Below are positions 60,114 to 64,000 of a DNA stretch of 64,000 nt, piece after piece; position 1 is the stretch's first letter; each line of letters opens with the position of its first letter. The stretch spans positions 1,408,001-1,472,000 of the forward strand of contig OY820591.1 of NCBI GenBank assembly GCA_963555985.3, read 5' to 3'. The notes beneath the pieces were generated by a model, which saw nothing but the letters and a program-made list of their open reading frames with translations, was not told the origin of the DNA and searched no databases. This DNA is from Dehalococcoidia bacterium. GTDB taxonomy: Bacteria > Chloroflexota > Dehalococcoidia > Bin125. A program made the translations under genes and the position numbers.

Positions 60114-61475
60114 CTAGTCAGCGGCGGCTACTGCGGTTGGAGCGATGAAGGATTTGGCGCTGGCACGGTCGACCCGGAGGTCGAGGTGCTTGAGGCCCCG
60201 GAGGACGATGTTGGGCTTGTACTCGGGCGTGCGGGTACCGAAGCGGATGTCGTCGAAGCGTTCGAGCAGGACTTCGAAGGCGACTTTGGCTTCGAGGCGT
60301 GCGAGGGGCGCTCCGAGGCAATGATGGATGCCGCGGCCGAAAGAGATATTGCCGGCGTCCTCGCGGGTGACATCGAGCGTTTCGGGGTCGCTGAATTCTT
60401 CAGGATCGCGGTTGGCGCCGCCAATCAGGAGCGACACGCGAGTGCGAGGCTTGACGGTCTTGTCGCCGATCTGGACCTCTTCCAGGGCTGTGCGTCCGTC
60501 GAGCTGGACGGGCGAGTCGTAGCGAAGCAGCTCTTCGATCGCATTGGGGATGAGTTCGGGCTGCTCGCGCAGGAGTTGGAGTTGCTCCGGGTGTTGGAGG
60601 AGGGCGCGGAGCCCATTGCCGATCAGGTTGGTCGTGGTTTCATTGCCCGCCACCAGGAGCAAACGCAGGGTGACCTGGGTTTCGTCGGTGGTCAGCGTCT
60701 CGCCTTCCTCCTCGGCCATCACGAGCCGGGAGACGAGGTCGTCGGTGGGATCGTGGCGGCGCTGCTCAATGATCGGCGCGAAGTAGTTGCGGAACTCTGC
60801 GGCGGTCTCGATGACGATCCGCCCCTCCTCTTGAGTGAGGTTCGGCTCGAGCACGCGGGCGAAGCGATCGGACCAGAGCTTGAACTGCTCGCGGTCCTGG
60901 CTCGGCACACCAATCATCTCGGCGATCACGACCGTCGGCATCAGGGCGGCCAGATTCGACATTAGGTCGAACTCGTTGCTGTCGCTCGCTTCGTCCAGAA
61001 GCGCGTGGGCGGTCTCGCGAATGTGCTCTTCCATTTTGGCGACCTGACGCGGGGTAAAGGCGCGATTGACCAATCCGCGCAGGCGGGTGTGATCGGGCGG
61101 GTCCAGTGAGAGGATTGAAGGAGTGAGTTCGTCGCGCGTGCTTTCGTTGGAGACGTTCATCGCCTCGCCGTTGCGCGGGTCGCTGCTGAACTGTCGCCAG
61201 TTGCGGAGGATGGCGTCGACATCCTCGTAACGCGAGACCGCTACCGCGCCGGTGAGCGGGCTGTAGTGGTAGGGATCGCGCTCGCGCAGTTCTTTGTAGG
61301 TCGGGTAGGGGTCGGCGATGAACTTGGGATCGAGGGGATACCAGACGACGCCGGACTGGATGCGTTCCTGGAGCAGGCGGGCGCGGATGTAGAGGGGAGC
61401 GATGGCTGAGCGGACGAGGTCACGGGTGGCCATAGGAGCTTGCTTTCGTGGCGTTGCGGCGGGCGTGCGGTTCAT
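60114..61475 (-). CDS. Cytochrome P450 (3)
   Basis: DPPDHTRLR, AGNETTT, EELLRYDSP, FGRGIHHCLG; start 61475 or 61433. Confidence 0.95.
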   Translation of the reverse strand: MNRTPAATPRKQAPMATRDLVRSAIAPLYIRARLLQERIQSGVVWYPLDPKFIADPYPTYKELRERDPYHYSPLTGAVAVSRYEDVDAILRNWRQFSSDPRNGEAMNVSNESTRDELTPSILSLDPPDHTRLRGLVNRAFTPRQVAKMEEHIRETAHALLDEASDSNEFDLMSNLAALMPTVVIAEMIGVPSQDREQFKLWSDRFARVLEPNLTQEEGRIVIETAAEFRNYFAPIIEQRRHDPTDDLVSRLVMAEEEGETLTTDETQVTLRLLLVAGNETTTNLIGNGLRALLQHPEQLQLLREQPELIPNAIEELLRYDSPVQLDGRTALEEVQIGDKTVKPRTRVSLLIGGANRDPEEFSDPETLDVTREDAGNISFGRGIHHCLGAPLARLEAKVAFEVLLERFDDIRFGTRTPEYKPNIVLRGLKHLDLRVDRASAKSFIAPTAVAAAD

Positions 61476-61542
61476 GCGCGGACGCTAGAGCGATGCTAGG
61501 TGAGTTGGAGCAATCGTGGTATGGCAGGGGAGAGCGGTGCGG

Positions 61543-62859
61543 TTAGTCGAGGGGGTGGTCCCAGTCGACCATGATGACTTCGCACTCTTGGCCGGCGTGG
61601 ACTCGTTCTTGGTTTTCGGGGCAGACGGCGTAGCCGTTGGCGAGAGCCATTGAGGTGAGGACGCCGCTGCCCTGGGGTCCGGTGAGGCGGGCGCGCCAGC
61701 GTCCGTCTTGGTCGCGGCGGAGGATGGCCCTGGCGTAGACGCGACGCCAATCGGTGTTGACGATGTCCTCTTCGGCGATGGCGCGGATGGTTGGGCGGGG
61801 TTGCGGTTGGCGTCCCATCAGCTTGTAGATCGCGAGGCGTCCAAAGAGTTCGAAAGCCAAGAGGGAAGAGACCGGATTTCCGGGTAGGCCGATGTGGGGC
61901 ACTTTGCGGCCATCGGGGGCGGTGAACTGGCCGAAGGCGAGCGGCTTGCCCGGCTTCATGCGCACGGTCCAGAAGTCGATCGCGCCTTCTCGGGCCAGGA
62001 CTTCTTTGACCACATCGAAGTCGCCACGGGAGACGCCGGCCGAGGTGATCACGAGGTCGGCGGATTCAAGCGCTTCGTTGATCTTGGCGGTCAGCGCTTC
62101 GATCGTGTCCTGAGCGATACCGAAGCGCAGGGGGACGCCGCCGTACTGCTGGACGAGGGCGCTGAGGCCGTAGGAGTTGGAGTCGTAGATCTTGCCCGGA
62201 GCGGGCGGCTCGCCCGGGATTAAGAGCTCGTCGCCGGTGGAGAGGATCGCGACTTTGGGGCGGCGAATGACAGCGACGTCGCTGACGCCGAGTGAGGCGA
62301 GGACGGCGACTTCCGGTCCGCGCAGGACTGCGCCGGCTTCGAGTACTTGCTGTCCCCGGCGCACATCCTCGCCGCGGCGGCGGATGTTGTTGCCGACTCC
62401 GGCGGCTTTGAGGATGCCGACGTCCTCGATTGCGGCGTGCTCCTGGCCGGGGGCGCGCAAACCTTCTTCATCGGTTTCTTCGAAGGGCACGATGGTGTCG
62501 GCGCCGGCGGGCATCGGCGCGCCGGTCATGATCCGCATCGCCTCGCCGGGTCCGACCGCTTGATCAGCGAGGTAGCCGGCGGCGAGTTCTCCGATCACGC
62601 GCAGGCGTACGGGTGTCGCTTCGGTCGCGCCGTCGGTGCTGGCCGACTGGACGGCGTAGCCGTCCATGGCAGTGTTGTCGTGCGGGGGGATGTCGAACGG
62701 GGCGGTGATCGAGGCGGCGAGCACCTGGCCAACGGCTTGATCGATCGGGCGCGACTCCGGGCGCAGCGGTTCGCAGAGGGCGAGGATGCGTTCGAGAGCG
62801 TCCTCGACCGGGAGCATGGCGGCGGGCGGCTCGGTGGCGCGCGGGGTTGTGTTGGTCAT
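61543..62859 (-). CDS. moeA: Molybdopterin molybdotransferase MoeA
   Basis: PPHDNTAMDGYAV, IMTGAPMP.GAD, LSTGDEL, SAGVSRGDFD, MKPGKP, GLPGNPVS. Confidence 0.95.
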   Translation of the reverse strand: MTNTTPRATEPPAAMLPVEDALERILALCEPLRPESRPIDQAVGQVLAASITAPFDIPPHDNTAMDGYAVQSASTDGATEATPVRLRVIGELAAGYLADQAVGPGEAMRIMTGAPMPAGADTIVPFEETDEEGLRAPGQEHAAIEDVGILKAAGVGNNIRRRGEDVRRGQQVLEAGAVLRGPEVAVLASLGVSDVAVIRRPKVAILSTGDELLIPGEPPAPGKIYDSNSYGLSALVQQYGGVPLRFGIAQDTIEALTAKINEALESADLVITSAGVSRGDFDVVKEVLAREGAIDFWTVRMKPGKPLAFGQFTAPDGRKVPHIGLPGNPVSSLLAFELFGRLAIYKLMGRQPQPRPTIRAIAEEDIVNTDWRRVYARAILRRDQDGRWRARLTGPQGSGVLTSMALANGYAVCPENQERVHAGQECEVIMVDWDHPLD

Positions 62860-62894
62860 CGGCGCTCTCGATTGCGGCTGCGAGTTGAGCCGGG

Positions 62895-63143
62895 CTAGAC
62901 CTGGATGGTGAGGCAGGTGGTAGTGCGCTTGACGCCGCTGACAGTCTGGATCGCGTCGGTGATACAGGCGCCGAGCTTGTCGAGGTTTTCGGCTTCGACT
63001 AGACAGATCACGTCGAAGGGCCCGGTGACCATCTCGACAGAAGTGATCTGGGCGGCTTGGTGGTGAAGTTCTCCGAGCTCGACTGCGACCTGTTTGGCGG
63101 TGCCAACTTCAGCCTCAATCAGGACATAACTTTTGACTGCCAT
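62895..63143 (-). CDS. Stand-alone Lrp/AsnC ligand-binding (RAM) domain protein
   Basis: 82 aa: SYVLIEAEVG..VTGPFDVI..IQTVSGVKRTTTC; no HTH. Confidence 0.85.
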   Translation of the reverse strand: MAVKSYVLIEAEVGTAKQVAVELGELHHQAAQITSVEMVTGPFDVICLVEAENLDKLGACITDAIQTVSGVKRTTTCLTIQV

Positions 63144-63186
63144 GGGTGCGGGCTTTCCTGCTCGAACGTCGGAAACGATGGCTTCC

Positions 63187-63237
63187 AGCTTACCAATGGC
63201 TCCATGAGGCTGAGTATGTGATCGCGATTGGTAGGCT
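63187..63237. promoter_or_regulatory. Back-to-back extended -10 promoters forming an inverted repeat
   Basis: Minus strand ATTGG-TAAGCT (63197-63187) and plus strand ATTGG-TAGGCT (63227-63237). Confidence 0.5.
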
Positions 63238-63293
63238 AATGGAGACGACTCCAGCCAACAGGGCGGGATGGTTATCCGAGGCGGAGAGCGGCT

Positions 63294-64000
63294 ATGCCGA
63301 CAGCGGTTGATGTGGACGCGCTGGAGCGTGAGGCTCTGGAGGAGTTGGAAGCAGCGGTAGACGAAGCGACGCTGGAGGCGTGGCGGTTGGCATGGTTAGG
63401 CCGGCGGGGACGGCTGACGGAGGTGTTGCGGGGGTTGCGCGAGTTGCCGGCGGAAGAGCGTCCACGCTTGGGCGCAGCGGCGAACGCTCTCAAAGGAAGG
63501 CTCGAAGCAGCGCTGGAGGATCGGCGCCAGAGGATCGTGCTGACGGTCGCGGCCGGGCCGGCGCTCGATGTGACGCTGCCTGGACGGCGCGGGTCGATGG
63601 GATCGCTGCATCCGGTGACCTTGACGCGGCGGTTGATGGAGCGCACCTTCCGGGACCTCGGATTCGATGTGGTTGAGGGCCCAGACGTGGAGCTCGAGGA
63701 GTACAACTTTGACCGGCTGCGGATTCCCGCGGGTCATCCGGCGCGTGATCTATGGGACACGATCTGGATCGCGGATGACGGCACAGGCGGCCCACGGCAG
63801 CTGTTACGCACGCACACGTCGCCGATGCAGATTCGGTATCTAGAACGGCGGAAACCGCCGATTCGAGTGATTGTTCCAGGCACGTGTTACCGCTATGAGG
63901 CGGTCGATGCGACGCATGAGTGGATGCTCACGCAGATTGAGGGGTTGGCGATCGACGAAGGGATTTCGTTCGCCCACCTGAAGGGGACGCTGGAGTCGTT
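63294..64000 (+). CDS. pheS: Phenylalanine--tRNA ligase alpha subunit (runs off window end)
   Basis: Hand translation: MPTAVDVD...LDVTLPGR..GSLHPV..YNFDRLRIPAGHPARD..LLRTHTSPMQIR..PGTCYRYEAVDATH. Not in the ORF track. Confidence 0.96.
   Translation, partial: MPTAVDVDALEREALEELEAAVDEATLEAWRLAWLGRRGRLTEVLRGLRELPAEERPRLGAAANALKGRLEAALEDRRQRIVLTVAAGPALDVTLPGRRGSMGSLHPVTLTRRLMERTFRDLGFDVVEGPDVELEEYNFDRLRIPAGHPARDLWDTIWIADDGTGGPRQLLRTHTSPMQIRYLERRKPPIRVIVPGTCYRYEAVDATHEWMLTQIEGLAIDEGISFAHLKGTLES

Noticed and set aside
56990-60965. Long, mutually similar plus-strand ORFs (433, 424, 259 aa)
   Set aside because: Antisense to the three P450 genes; their similarity mirrors the P450 paralogy.
63144-63293. 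T-box riboswitch upstream of pheS (also considered upstream of alaS)
   Set aside because: No clear GGTGGTACC-like T-box core or U-tailed terminator; the leader is short.

Overview
High-GC bacterial chromosomal window, mostly housekeeping genes (rplY, rlmN, fmt, secG, gatB, dnaG-rpoD, ppsA, glmS, ispH, cmk, xseAB, efp, aroQ/E/C/KB, xerC, topA, dprA, glmU, alaS, mltG, moeA, pheS). Gene content and protein features (F420-type LLM oxidoreductase, Arg-type EF-P, long purN-like protein, RpoD with a large insertion) suggest Chloroflexota, probably Dehalococcoidia-like; this is inference. Accessory genes include a tandem aldo/keto-reductase pair, an MmeI-like restriction-modification fusion, three tandem cytochromes P450, a five-lamin-tail-domain surface protein and an Ig/CARDB surface protein. 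No rRNA, tRNA, CRISPR array or transposase was found. The most unusual signal is non-coding: three unlinked intergenic regions (about 13.6-14.3, 41.0-41.4 and 59.7-60.1 kb) share an ordered architecture on one strand: optional GTCATTCC..GGAATCTC palindrome, LexA-like GAAC-N4-GT(A/T)C box, A/C-rich tract, four or five 10-bp phased direct repeats, then AATTC motifs. Six genes also look leaderless (TAnnnT 6-8 nt before ATG). All calls come from motif recognition by eye; no searches were run.
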